A DNA stretch of 64,000 bases. It comes from an uncultured Phycisphaerales bacterium. GTDB lineage: Bacteria > Planctomycetota > Phycisphaerae > WQYP01. The DNA is taken from positions 69,207-133,206 of the forward strand of contig CAIMWO010000031.1 in NCBI GenBank assembly GCA_903845195.1. The letters are read 5' to 3'. Below the pieces are notes generated by a model that did not search any database, was not told the origin of the DNA, and saw only the letters and a program-made list of their open reading frames with translations. The position numbers were made by a program, and so were the translations under genes. Shown in pieces: positions 19,527-28,689 of the stretch; the first letter of the stretch is position 1; each line of letters begins with the position of its first letter.

Positions 19527-20876
19527 TTAGGGAGCTGGCAGAAGGATAACGCTCACCCGCGTGGAGGAAATGGGCACGGGCTCTTGAGGCATAAAATGCA
19601 ACGATTTGCCATCCGACAACGTCACACTGACGCGTAAGTCATGCGGCGCGATCTGTCCTGCTGCGAATCCTGATGGAAACGGTGTAACTTCGGAAAGCTG
19701 TGCGTCGTTGTTCGCGCCACACACCGGGATGCGGAATTCAGCGTTCCGAACCATTCCATTGAGCATCCAATGACAGGTCACAAACACGTCAAGTTGCCGC
19801 GTATTGATCGGTACGTTCATAATCTGGAGCGATGGTTTACTTGGACTTGGCGGCGGTGCAATAGTTTCCAGTGTTTCTTTCCGCTGAATTGTTGACGATA
19901 GGGCCATAGGCTGCACTCGCTGATAGGATGAGAATTGGCCGTCATTCCATTGAATAATTAGCAGATTATCTCGTCCTGGAATCTTGGTGTCGGCGAATTT
20001 AGGCGGCAAGCGCAGTGTATTACTGCTATGGGTCCCCTTGTCCACGTCGAATGTGAGTCGTTCGCGGCAGATTCGCGAGGGAACATCATGAGAATCGCGA
20101 AGAGTTAGGGTCGTCATCAGCTTCTCGGCTCCAGCCGGAACGTTGAAGTATTGAATCGATGGACCGACAACGATCATCGAAGCGTGTGTTTGGGTGATTA
20201 TTGGGACGGACTTTGGAGGATTGGCCGGGAAAGGGTTAGAGAGGCTTAGGGACAGCTCCTGCATCCTCTGGACCGGCGGTTGCCGTCCAACTTTCGTGGA
20301 ATCCGTGATGGCGCAAGGGGCTGACTTCGTGGGTACATCCGGGGCCTTAATAGGTGTTTGAACCGCGATCGTAAGAGGCTCGGAGGGGCTGTGAAGCATC
20401 GACGTTCGTGCATCCGCGTCCTTCGTGCAGATGAAACCTTCTGCCCCCTCCGGATCCGCGAGGATCGTATTTCGAATATCGTCCGCTCGTCCTGTGTCAT
20501 TAGTAGCCATGGATACGGGTCGTGAGTTGAATAGGGGCTCATCGGAACGAAGCGGAGGCGACATAGCTGGTGCAGAGTTGCTTGGGCGCGTCGTGGGCAT
20601 ACGCTGATTTAGGTCGGAGATGATGTTGTTGAGGATTGTGTCGCGCTTCCGGTCGGCATTTCGATGTTGCGTCCAGGCACGAACCACGGGATCCGTTGAG
20701 GGCGCAACGGGGGGAAGAGTCGATTCCGCCGAATTGACGGGGGCCGATGGCGCTGAGATTGGACTCGCAGCGCTGGATTTTGGGAAATTGGCCTCCCACA
20801 GGGTTCTGCCGTAGCGGTTCCAGCCGATGATCCCAAGTACCAGTATGCCAATGATCAATAGCAGTCGTTTAATCAT
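19527..20876 (-). CDS. Secreted/membrane-anchored hypothetical protein (449 aa). The N-terminal ~100 aa is duplicated at 35527..35913.
   Basis: Strong AGGAGG RBS. N-terminal signal/TM MIKRLLLIIGILVLGIIGW. Ser/Pro-rich linker. Confidence 0.55.
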   Translation of the reverse strand: MIKRLLLIIGILVLGIIGWNRYGRTLWEANFPKSSAASPISAPSAPVNSAESTLPPVAPSTDPVVRAWTQHRNADRKRDTILNNIISDLNQRMPTTRPSNSAPAMSPPLRSDEPLFNSRPVSMATNDTGRADDIRNTILADPEGAEGFICTKDADARTSMLHSPSEPLTIAVQTPIKAPDVPTKSAPCAITDSTKVGRQPPVQRMQELSLSLSNPFPANPPKSVPIITQTHASMIVVGPSIQYFNVPAGAEKLMTTLTLRDSHDVPSRICRERLTFDVDKGTHSSNTLRLPPKFADTKIPGRDNLLIIQWNDGQFSSYQRVQPMALSSTIQRKETLETIAPPPSPSKPSLQIMNVPINTRQLDVFVTCHWMLNGMVRNAEFRIPVCGANNDAQLSEVTPFPSGFAAGQIAPHDLRVSVTLSDGKSLHFMPQEPVPISSTRVSVILLPAP

Positions 20877-21090
20877 TTCTTCGCCTCCTGAGTCGGATCC
20901 ACTTCGAGATGCCAGTCTCCACCCGAGTTGACAAGTCTTGCATGCACTTGTTCGAACCTGCTGTTTTTGTAAGTGAGATCCGATACGTCGCGAGGAAATA
21001 TTCCTCGAAACGATCGTCTGTAATACCTGCGTGACAACTTCTGCTCCGAAAGACCTCCACCAAAGGTTGGATCGCGTTAACCGTGCTCAA
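20869..21090 (-). pseudogene. 73-aa ORF spanning a deletion junction. Its 3' ~85 nt are the tail of the gene homologous to 35910..36878, read in a different frame. Probably not a functional gene.
   Basis: DNA identity of 20869-20960 with 35910-35996, but the stop falls in another frame (ND* versus DPTQEAKK*). Confidence 0.25.
20955..21045. repeat. Dispersed copy of the ~85-bp element also found at ~37975-38060 (upstream region of the second locus copy).
   Basis: Near-identical string gtgagatccgatacgt.gcgaggaaa.attcctcgaa.cg.tcgtctgtaata.ctgcgtgacaac at both sites. Confidence 0.5.
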
Positions 21091-21408
21091 AAGAGGGCCG
21101 ACAGACGCAAGGATGATTCCATTGAAGGAAGCTTTTCGTGTGGCGCAACACGTAACGCATAAGCGACGGTGCAGCCTTGCTCTCGGCAGGCTCCCCCTCT
21201 ATTAGGCTCGAACCAGCTCTGACCCCCAACCGACGATTGTTAAAGGAATAAGGCTGTCCAGTGAAGCAGTTTCAATGGCATTATTACGGTAAAATGAGGT
21301 CTGATACCACTAACCGGCATTACTATAACTGCATAATTTGTAACCAGTTACGATAACGTAAACACCTATGGGCGTATTTTGTGACACAATGCGTCACGCT
21401 ATGCTTGT

Positions 21409-22389
21409 ATGAATACATTACGCAGTACCATCGTTGCATTCATCGTCGCGGTTGCCCTCACGTTTTTGGGGTGCGAAGAACATTCTGATAAACCACAGGC
21501 ACGCAAGACAGTTGGCGTCCTACTTCTTGCGTCTCATCCGGTCCTTCAAGAGCTACGCGACGGATTCCGGGAGCGTCTCGACGAAATCGCCAAGGCGAAG
21601 AATGTGCAGCTATCGTATGATGAGAAAAACGCCGAGGGAAACGCCGCCACCCTGAATCAACTAGCCGCCTACTTCTCGACTGGGAAACACGATCTCGTTT
21701 ACGCTGTAGGGTCTGATAGTGCACTGAAATTGAAGTCCAAGGAATCTCAGATTCCCGTCATCTTCGCTGGCACCCCTGACCCTATCCGCAATGGATTTGT
21801 GGATTCATTGGAGAAGCCTGGTTCCAATCTAACAGGGGTGCGTTTCTTGGCGCCGGCAACTGTGCTTCTTGATGTCTTAGCAAAACGTCATCCAGGCATC
21901 CACAGAATTGCCGTCCTCCGAAATCCTTCTGAAATCAATTCCCTGTCGGTGGCAGATCCATTCATTGCAGAAGCTCGCAAACGAGGCATTATCATCGGCG
22001 ATTTTGGCGTCACAGAGATATCTCAACTTCCATCAATCCTCGGGAAAATCGGTTCCGAGAAATGGGAAGCCGTCTTCGTTCCCAATGACAATCTTATTTA
22101 CCAGAATCTCAAGCAGGCTGCGGCATCGCTCGCTTCATACGGTATCCCATTCTTCAGTGTCACCGACGCGTCTGTAAGAGCAGGAGCTGAATTTGCAGTG
22201 GGTGTCTCCTATCGCGAGATGGGACGCCAGGCTGCTTCGGTTGCTGCGAAGATATTGTTCGAGGGGAAGAAACCTGGCGAAGTTCCCGTGCTCGAGTTGC
22301 GCGAGGGTTGCCTCTATGTACCTGCTCAAAAATCGCAGGAATTTTCTTCTATGGCGCCTCGGGAATTTCCTGTTACGCCGGTAAAATAA
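21409..22389 (+). CDS. ABC transporter substrate-binding lipoprotein of the uncharacterised-transport family (COG2984 / ABC_sub_bind-like).
   Basis: 326 aa. Signal peptide plus lipobox LTFLGC. Periplasmic-binding fold pattern. First gene after an AT-rich ~300-bp promoter region. Confidence 0.65.
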   Translation: MNTLRSTIVAFIVAVALTFLGCEEHSDKPQARKTVGVLLLASHPVLQELRDGFRERLDEIAKAKNVQLSYDEKNAEGNAATLNQLAAYFSTGKHDLVYAVGSDSALKLKSKESQIPVIFAGTPDPIRNGFVDSLEKPGSNLTGVRFLAPATVLLDVLAKRHPGIHRIAVLRNPSEINSLSVADPFIAEARKRGIIIGDFGVTEISQLPSILGKIGSEKWEAVFVPNDNLIYQNLKQAAASLASYGIPFFSVTDASVRAGAEFAVGVSYREMGRQAASVAAKILFEGKKPGEVPVLELREGCLYVPAQKSQEFSSMAPREFPVTPVK

Positions 22390-22408
22390 ACGATAGGACT
22401 GTTCAATC

Positions 22409-23263
22409 GTGATTGAAGAAATCATCATGCAGACCGGGATTTATTGGTTCATGGCGCTTGGGCTGTGGATCAATCTCCGAGTCGTTCGATATCCCGACCT
22501 TGCCGTCGAGAACGTCCTGGTCTTGGCAGCCATGAGCACATGCGGCATTGCTGCCGCCGGCATAAACGGTGCAAGCGGTGTTGTCCTCACGGTAGTCCTG
22601 GGCGTGCCATCGGCGCTCCTCGTAGCAGGCTGCGCGTGGATAGCATGGAAAGTTCTGCGTGTTCATGCCATTATTGTCAGTCTTGCCTTAGGATACATCC
22701 TTTATTCGGTGGCGCTTGAAGCGTTTGGCGCTATGAAGGACGGGCAGGGTTTGCCTAAATTGCGTGCGAACGCACAAGGCTTGGCTATCGTCTATAGTTC
22801 CATTCTTGTTATCTGTGGGGTGCTGCAAATGATTAGAGGCTCCTCGGCAGGACGCCATTTCCTAGCCGCAGTTGGTAATCCGCCCCTCGCCCGCGCCTTG
22901 GGCATGAAACCAGCAGTCTGGCAGTGGTTGGGGCTGTCATTTGGGACATTCCTCATGATGGTCAGCGGACTTCTTCATGCCTGCTATTACACTTATGTTA
23001 ACATTGGGGATGCGGTGGGTTTTCTGCTTCTTGGAATCTTTTCAGCAGTCCTTGTAGCGAACGGCCTGTGTCCGCGTATCGTTGGCTTATGGAATGGGCT
23101 AGCGACGTTAATTGCCGTCGCGGCGTTTCAATCCGTCATCACCGTCGCGATTTACGCAGGCCTTCCAATAAATCTAAACAAAGGCTTGATGGGCTTGCTG
23201 CTGATAGGTGTGGTGGCGTTACTTCGATACAAGAAGGTCTCTCAACCCATCACTTTGAGTTAG
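22409..23263 (+). CDS. ABC transporter permease (COG4120-like, branched-chain amino acid permease-type fold).
   Basis: 284 aa with about eight hydrophobic helices. Directly follows the SBP gene. Confidence 0.6.
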   Translation: MIEEIIMQTGIYWFMALGLWINLRVVRYPDLAVENVLVLAAMSTCGIAAAGINGASGVVLTVVLGVPSALLVAGCAWIAWKVLRVHAIIVSLALGYILYSVALEAFGAMKDGQGLPKLRANAQGLAIVYSSILVICGVLQMIRGSSAGRHFLAAVGNPPLARALGMKPAVWQWLGLSFGTFLMMVSGLLHACYYTYVNIGDAVGFLLLGIFSAVLVANGLCPRIVGLWNGLATLIAVAAFQSVITVAIYAGLPINLNKGLMGLLLIGVVALLRYKKVSQPITLS

Positions 23264-23266
23264 CCC

Positions 23267-23896
23267 ATGATTACTCTTTCGCAGCTAACCTTCTCCTACA
23301 CGGAGGCCTTCGACGGATTTCGACTTGGCCCAGTTGACATGGCGATGCAACCAGGCAAGACCTACGGATGGAGGGGAAACAATGGCAGCGGCAAGTCCAC
23401 ACTTGCATCCATTCTTGCTGGTCAGCGGTCTGCAGCGACAGGTGGAATTGATGGACTCCCACCTCGGGTCCTCTATTTTCAGCAAAACATTGCGGCAAAC
23501 ATTTTTCCGGATCTCACGGTGGGGGAGCATCTTCGTCTCTGCAAAACTGCCGAGAGACGAGCAGATATCTTGCACGTGTTTCCGTCCCTCTCGCAATTCG
23601 CACGCAAGTATCCTGATGCGCTATCGGGTGGTCAACTCCAGCGCCTGGCATTCTCCCTCGCATTGATTCGCGACTTCGACCTTTACATATTTGATGAAGT
23701 AACCAACCACCTCGATCAGCAAACAGCGAAACTTGTTGGCGAAACGATGCAGTCCCTCCTCAGACGAAAACCGGACTGCACCGTGGTCTTCATAAGTCAT
23801 GATCATGACTTTCTTCGCCGCTACGCAGACGTTATCTTTACCTTCGACGAAGGAAAAGTGATTGAGGAATCCCAGTATGACCATTCGTTCACCTAA
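23267..23896 (+). CDS. ABC transporter ATP-binding protein (COG1101-like).
   Basis: Walker A GNNGSGKST. ABC signature LSGGQLQR. Walker B LYIFDEVT. H-loop ISHD. Confidence 0.8.
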   Translation: MITLSQLTFSYTEAFDGFRLGPVDMAMQPGKTYGWRGNNGSGKSTLASILAGQRSAATGGIDGLPPRVLYFQQNIAANIFPDLTVGEHLRLCKTAERRADILHVFPSLSQFARKYPDALSGGQLQRLAFSLALIRDFDLYIFDEVTNHLDQQTAKLVGETMQSLLRRKPDCTVVFISHDHDFLRRYADVIFTFDEGKVIEESQYDHSFT

Positions 23897-24620
23897 CGAT
23901 TGCAATAGAACTGCTATTGTGGTCGGCGGGACTTCAGGGTTTGGGGCTGCGATTACCGAGGAATTGCGTCAGCGTCGTTTCGCTGTGATCACGGTTGGTC
24001 GAAGTGCCGATTCGCCGCGGGGCGTGCGGCTTCATTTCTCATGTGATGTGGGCGATCTCCAGGCCTGGGATATGACCGTCGGCAAGATTCTTGAGGCAAC
24101 AATTTCTGCCAAAGTGGATGTCCTGATTTATACCGTAGGCTACGCTCGAGTATTTCCATTCGGTCACACTCCGTCGGAAGAATGGCACCGGCACCTACGG
24201 TTAAATTTGACCTATGTAGCAGAGAGTTTTCCGTACCTGGAGACGGTTCTTTCTGAGAATGCAAGCATAGCTACGACGGGGAGCCAATGGTCTTTCCGAC
24301 ACGGGTGGCCTGACCTAATTCCTTACATAACGGCTAAGCATGCATTGGCAACCCTCACCGAAGAGTACGCTGCGACTTTTCCTCAGCGGCGATTTAGGCA
24401 CTACTGCGTGCCTACTATGGCAACCCCTGGTTACGATGCGGTGCGCCAGTCTGTAATCGAGAACAAGGGAACACTGCATACCCTCTCCGACAAATCTCGT
24501 CCTGCTGATATTGGATTAATTAGTCGCGTATTCGTAACCGATCTGCTAGATTCTACCGTTACTCATCCCGTGACGCGTGAAATCAGCGCTGCCGGTAATC
24601 TGAAACCTGTTGGTGCATGA
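23877..24620 (+). CDS. Short-chain dehydrogenase/reductase (SDR) family oxidoreductase.
   Basis: ORF track 23862..24620. TAIVVGGTSGFGAAI (TGxxxGxG cofactor motif). YITAKHAL (YxxxK catalytic motif). Confidence 0.65.
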   Translation: MTIRSPNDCNRTAIVVGGTSGFGAAITEELRQRRFAVITVGRSADSPRGVRLHFSCDVGDLQAWDMTVGKILEATISAKVDVLIYTVGYARVFPFGHTPSEEWHRHLRLNLTYVAESFPYLETVLSENASIATTGSQWSFRHGWPDLIPYITAKHALATLTEEYAATFPQRRFRHYCVPTMATPGYDAVRQSVIENKGTLHTLSDKSRPADIGLISRVFVTDLLDSTVTHPVTREISAAGNLKPVGA

Positions 24621-25657
24621 TGAAAGATAGCGTAAAGGAAGTCGCCGAATACTTTGGGAAGCGCGCTGCACGATACCAGCTTTCGCAAGAAACATGCCCT
24701 ATGGCGCGAAGCCTGGATTTAATTCCTTACGTATACGTTATTGATGGCGTGATACGCCAATTCTCTCGAAGTCCAGGAGACTTACGGATTTTCGATGCCT
24801 TTGGAGGCTCCGGCTTTTTGTCGAGGTCATTTGCACACACTGAAATTCGTTTCACAATTGCTGATTGCACAAACGCCTATAAGCAAGACGGCAGCAACAA
24901 ACATGAGTGGCTGATATGTCCCGACTATTTCCGCGCCATATCCGCAGAACGAGCTGGAGAATATGATCTTGTGTTTGCGCATGGTGGACTTCATCACGTC
25001 TATGTTAAAGACAATGCTGGACTGGAAGATGAAACATCTGTCGGCCTTCAACACCAGTGTGTCGCTAACCTCTCGCGGCTACTCCGCAAGGGAGGTTTCC
25101 TGGTGTTAGCGGACATACCAGACCGGCCGTCCCGAGTGGACGCACATGGAAGTGACATTTCGCTTATCGATACCAGCATGGCAATTGACTTATTTGGCAA
25201 CGAACGACTAGCGTTCCTTCGGTCTGCAGCCACCGATTTCTCACTGTCTCCGTCGTTGAATAACACGTGCCACACTGTTGAGTCCATTTTCCGTGACTCC
25301 ACCCACCCCGGCTCTCTGCGGCGTTTCTTTGACGAGGAAGTTGCGCGCAAGACTCCCAACGGCCACGAAGCCTGTTTCCTTGATTTTGAAAGGATCATAG
25401 CAAGGGCTGCCAAACATGATCTGTGTTTAATGGCCCTCATACCTTACCCGGGAGCATGGGTATTTGAGACTGCGAACCAGGCCGTGTGGTTCTTTCGCGA
25501 AATGTTTGGCTTTGGACAATCGATGCCCCCTTTCCAGGAAGATTCGCAAGATTACGTCGTGAAGTCCGCCATTTCCGACACACTAGGGATGAGGAGTGTG
25601 GGCGATCATCTCGCGGTTAACTGGGGCGTGAGCTACGCAATCTTCAGGAGGGATTAA
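24617..25657 (+). CDS. Class I SAM-dependent methyltransferase.
   Basis: Motif I IFDAFGGSGFLS. Motif LRKGGFLVLADI. 4-nt overlap with the upstream gene. Confidence 0.55.
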   Translation: MMKDSVKEVAEYFGKRAARYQLSQETCPMARSLDLIPYVYVIDGVIRQFSRSPGDLRIFDAFGGSGFLSRSFAHTEIRFTIADCTNAYKQDGSNKHEWLICPDYFRAISAERAGEYDLVFAHGGLHHVYVKDNAGLEDETSVGLQHQCVANLSRLLRKGGFLVLADIPDRPSRVDAHGSDISLIDTSMAIDLFGNERLAFLRSAATDFSLSPSLNNTCHTVESIFRDSTHPGSLRRFFDEEVARKTPNGHEACFLDFERIIARAAKHDLCLMALIPYPGAWVFETANQAVWFFREMFGFGQSMPPFQEDSQDYVVKSAISDTLGMRSVGDHLAVNWGVSYAIFRRD

Positions 25658-25658
25658 C

Positions 25659-27923
25659 ATGGCGCAAGACATGCAGATCCTCCTGCAGAACTATCAGGGT
25701 ACGTTCATCCTAGACATGCTGAATGAGTTCCGCAAAGATGTTATTCGATGCATGTTTCGGGACATGGTTATTGCCATTGATTCGATCCATACCTCGCCAC
25801 CTCTCGAGAACCATTCGAGGGAACTGTCTGCTTTTCTGCGTAATTCCGATTGCCTAGCTTGGGCGAACTCGTTTTCCGAATGGTTTGGCGCCGATTGCCC
25901 GGCTCATGTGAAATCGCTATACGTCAATCTTCAACTCGCGGCAAGAGAATTTATAGTGAAATTCAATAGTAAACCGAAGACCGAAATATGGGCATACTTA
26001 TACTCGCCACAGTTCGCCACAAAATTGCGTATAAGTGCTGGGGATAAGCAAGGTTACAGAGGTGATTCCTTAGCCGGTCTTTTCAACGTCGTGGCTCTTT
26101 CGATCGACAAGAAGAACGTTAAGCTCATCCAGCCGCATGACATTGAGTTAACTGGCGGATTTCACACTTTACAATGTTGCTTCCCTATTTTGAACGCGAC
26201 GGCCCGGAGCCAACTCGCTAAAGATTTCGAGGAAGAACAAGAGTTTATATCACTCCCGCTCGAAGAAGATTTTTCTATTAAGCCTGCGATTTTTCGAGGA
26301 CATACAGCCGTCTGCTACGACACGGGCTATTACCAACATCACGTAGGAAGTTTGAGTCTTCTCCCAAAGGCACGACGGGTATACAACACTTGCTTTCTGC
26401 AAATCAGACCTCAGGCGGATCTGCAAAAGGCCAACGGTCCGGTTGGGTTCATTCAATTACAGTGCTGCTTGCCAGGACTAATGAACTTTCTTGTCCCGAA
26501 GTCGACAAGCAAGGATACAGATGTTCTGGTGTTGGGCATCGATAAACAGCTCGTTGCCACGAAAGGATGCGAAGATAACTTCAAAGACGTGGTCCTTGCC
26601 GAATTTGCTAACGATTGGTGGGAGAGCGACAAAGAACGGAGAAGTTTATGTACCTTCTGGAGGCTGCGAGAACTTACGCATGGCTGGCCGCGTAGGCTTT
26701 ACAACATTCTGGACTTAGGCAAGAGGCAGGCGGCCATACTGGAGAAAGAGTTGGTTCGGCGGGAGCAGCACAAATACCGCCAGCAACTTCAGTTGTTGGA
26801 TCAACCCATTGACGACTTACTGTCGGCCGTCGGCCTCCTGCAAGAGTCGTCCAGCCAGGTGTACGCGATAGTGAGGGAGCCGTCTGACGCAATTTTCGGA
26901 ATACATCACCAAGTGGCACCACTTTTCGATGAGAACAGCGGGAAACTAGTGGTCGCATCGGACTTCTCTGCGCGGATCCAACACGATCCGATGGAATATG
27001 ACGAGAAGGAGGAAGTTGATATTAAATCTTTGCGCTCTGTAGTAGCGATGCTTCTCCTTAAGTGGACTGGGTATCACAAGAAAACAACGACGTTAACATA
27101 TCTGCAGTTTATGACAAAGGCGTCACAATGGCTCGATAAATGCGAGCGTGATGGCAAGGCCTACCATTGGCTTCTGTCGCAAATCCGGGGTGTGTTACTA
27201 CGCCCAGCACCTAACGCTACCACGCCACCCCAAGTGGACCGAATGAGCGATCTGCTGGGAACAGGGTACCCATTCGCCGCGCTTCAGCAGGGTGCTTGTG
27301 CCGCCAAGTCACTGTTGTTTACCCCGTTCAAACTTGGTGCGAGTGAATTGGGGGTGCTTCCAGTAGCCATTGCCGCAAAACTCGATCACAAGAAGACGTT
27401 TGATATCGATCGCGGAGAAGTGATAAAGGCAACAATTTCGGACGTCGCGGCGGTCGAGGAACACCTCACGTTGACGCGCGACATTTCCCCCGCATTACCA
27501 AAGGACATCATCCAATTTATACACGGCGTTGTTGGGGAAGCGTTCAACCGCCGCCAGTCTCTCAATGTTGACGCTTTGCAGATTAAAAGGTGGTACTACG
27601 AGGACAGGGACATCAATTGGCAGCATATTCGAATCACCTTTTCTGATTCGTATTTGAAAGGGGCATTGAAGAAGTTGCGTGGCGAAGTGGATAGCCTGCT
27701 AAGAGCTGACCGCGATTGGAGAATAGAGTTTGGCGCTTCCGGCAATTTCAGTGCACCTTTTAAGACGTTGGCAAATCGGCTGCTCGGCGTTGGATCGGAA
27801 TGGTTCGTGTCTCCCACGCTTGAAGAAAGCGATGTCTTTAGGCTTATGAACGCAACGAGCCACAATACTTTCGCCGTTTCATCCCATGACAGGTGCATTT
27901 GCCTTGAATGGCAAAAAAAGTGA
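25659..27923 (+). CDS. Large hypothetical protein (754 aa), no recognisable domain.
   Basis: Begins 2 nt after the methyltransferase stop. Balanced composition. Confidence 0.55.
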   Translation: MAQDMQILLQNYQGTFILDMLNEFRKDVIRCMFRDMVIAIDSIHTSPPLENHSRELSAFLRNSDCLAWANSFSEWFGADCPAHVKSLYVNLQLAAREFIVKFNSKPKTEIWAYLYSPQFATKLRISAGDKQGYRGDSLAGLFNVVALSIDKKNVKLIQPHDIELTGGFHTLQCCFPILNATARSQLAKDFEEEQEFISLPLEEDFSIKPAIFRGHTAVCYDTGYYQHHVGSLSLLPKARRVYNTCFLQIRPQADLQKANGPVGFIQLQCCLPGLMNFLVPKSTSKDTDVLVLGIDKQLVATKGCEDNFKDVVLAEFANDWWESDKERRSLCTFWRLRELTHGWPRRLYNILDLGKRQAAILEKELVRREQHKYRQQLQLLDQPIDDLLSAVGLLQESSSQVYAIVREPSDAIFGIHHQVAPLFDENSGKLVVASDFSARIQHDPMEYDEKEEVDIKSLRSVVAMLLLKWTGYHKKTTTLTYLQFMTKASQWLDKCERDGKAYHWLLSQIRGVLLRPAPNATTPPQVDRMSDLLGTGYPFAALQQGACAAKSLLFTPFKLGASELGVLPVAIAAKLDHKKTFDIDRGEVIKATISDVAAVEEHLTLTRDISPALPKDIIQFIHGVVGEAFNRRQSLNVDALQIKRWYYEDRDINWQHIRITFSDSYLKGALKKLRGEVDSLLRADRDWRIEFGASGNFSAPFKTLANRLLGVGSEWFVSPTLEESDVFRLMNATSHNTFAVSSHDRCICLEWQKK

Positions 27924-27930
27924 GGACGTA

Positions 27931-28689
27931 ATGAAGGTTGTCATACACGACCACAAATCCCGCGACGATTTCTCTTGGGCCAAAATAATCGCGAAACTCG
28001 CCACGAAGACGGGTGTGAGGATTGCGGAATTCGTCACGGATAGGCCGAGCATTGATATGGTGCGTCCGGAGTGTGGAGGGGGTGACACCATCATTTTCTT
28101 ACATTCGGAGCAGTGGAGACAATGGAATATTGCTCAGGAGAATATCGTTCAGCCTCTTGCAGGCATTCTTGTACATGTCGGAACAAATGGTTTTTCAGGG
28201 CAGCATTCACCTTTCCAAAACCGTCGGTATGCAAGTAGGTTTACGGCGAAACAATTCGCGGAAAATGGCAGGGGGGAAGCGTTCTTTGCTTCTGTTGCGA
28301 ATGGGCATCCAGATTGGGAGTTCCTCAATCCGGCTGCGACGGAGGAACTCCGTGCCCTCAAGATCCTGTGCGAAGCGTGGAAGTTTGTTTTTGTTGCAGA
28401 GAAGAAGAAGGTTGCCGGCATTTCCGTTCACGCCCCGGAAACCCCGGCGGCCTGGTTCAAACCTTTCGACTGGATGTTCCCGGCCCCGGTTAACCTCAAC
28501 AGCGAGGAGGAAAAGCGTCGTATCCATAAAGAACTACCAGCTTTGGTCGCCCTGATGGGAGATGCCGAGGGAGACGCGATGAATCTGCTGACGGCGGTTA
28601 TAACGGGAGACGACCTCAGGATACCGGTCGAGACATTCCTGGATAGGTTCCCTGGCTCCAAACCAGCAGCAACGAAGGCGGGCACATGA
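27931..28689 (+). CDS. Hypothetical protein (~252 aa).
   Basis: ORF track 27886..28689. ATG at 27931 has an AGGA RBS and lies 8 nt after the upstream stop. N-term MKVVIHDHKS...IIFLHSEQW suggests an alpha/beta fold. Confidence 0.45.
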   Translation: MKVVIHDHKSRDDFSWAKIIAKLATKTGVRIAEFVTDRPSIDMVRPECGGGDTIIFLHSEQWRQWNIAQENIVQPLAGILVHVGTNGFSGQHSPFQNRRYASRFTAKQFAENGRGEAFFASVANGHPDWEFLNPAATEELRALKILCEAWKFVFVAEKKKVAGISVHAPETPAAWFKPFDWMFPAPVNLNSEEEKRRIHKELPALVALMGDAEGDAMNLLTAVITGDDLRIPVETFLDRFPGSKPAATKAGT

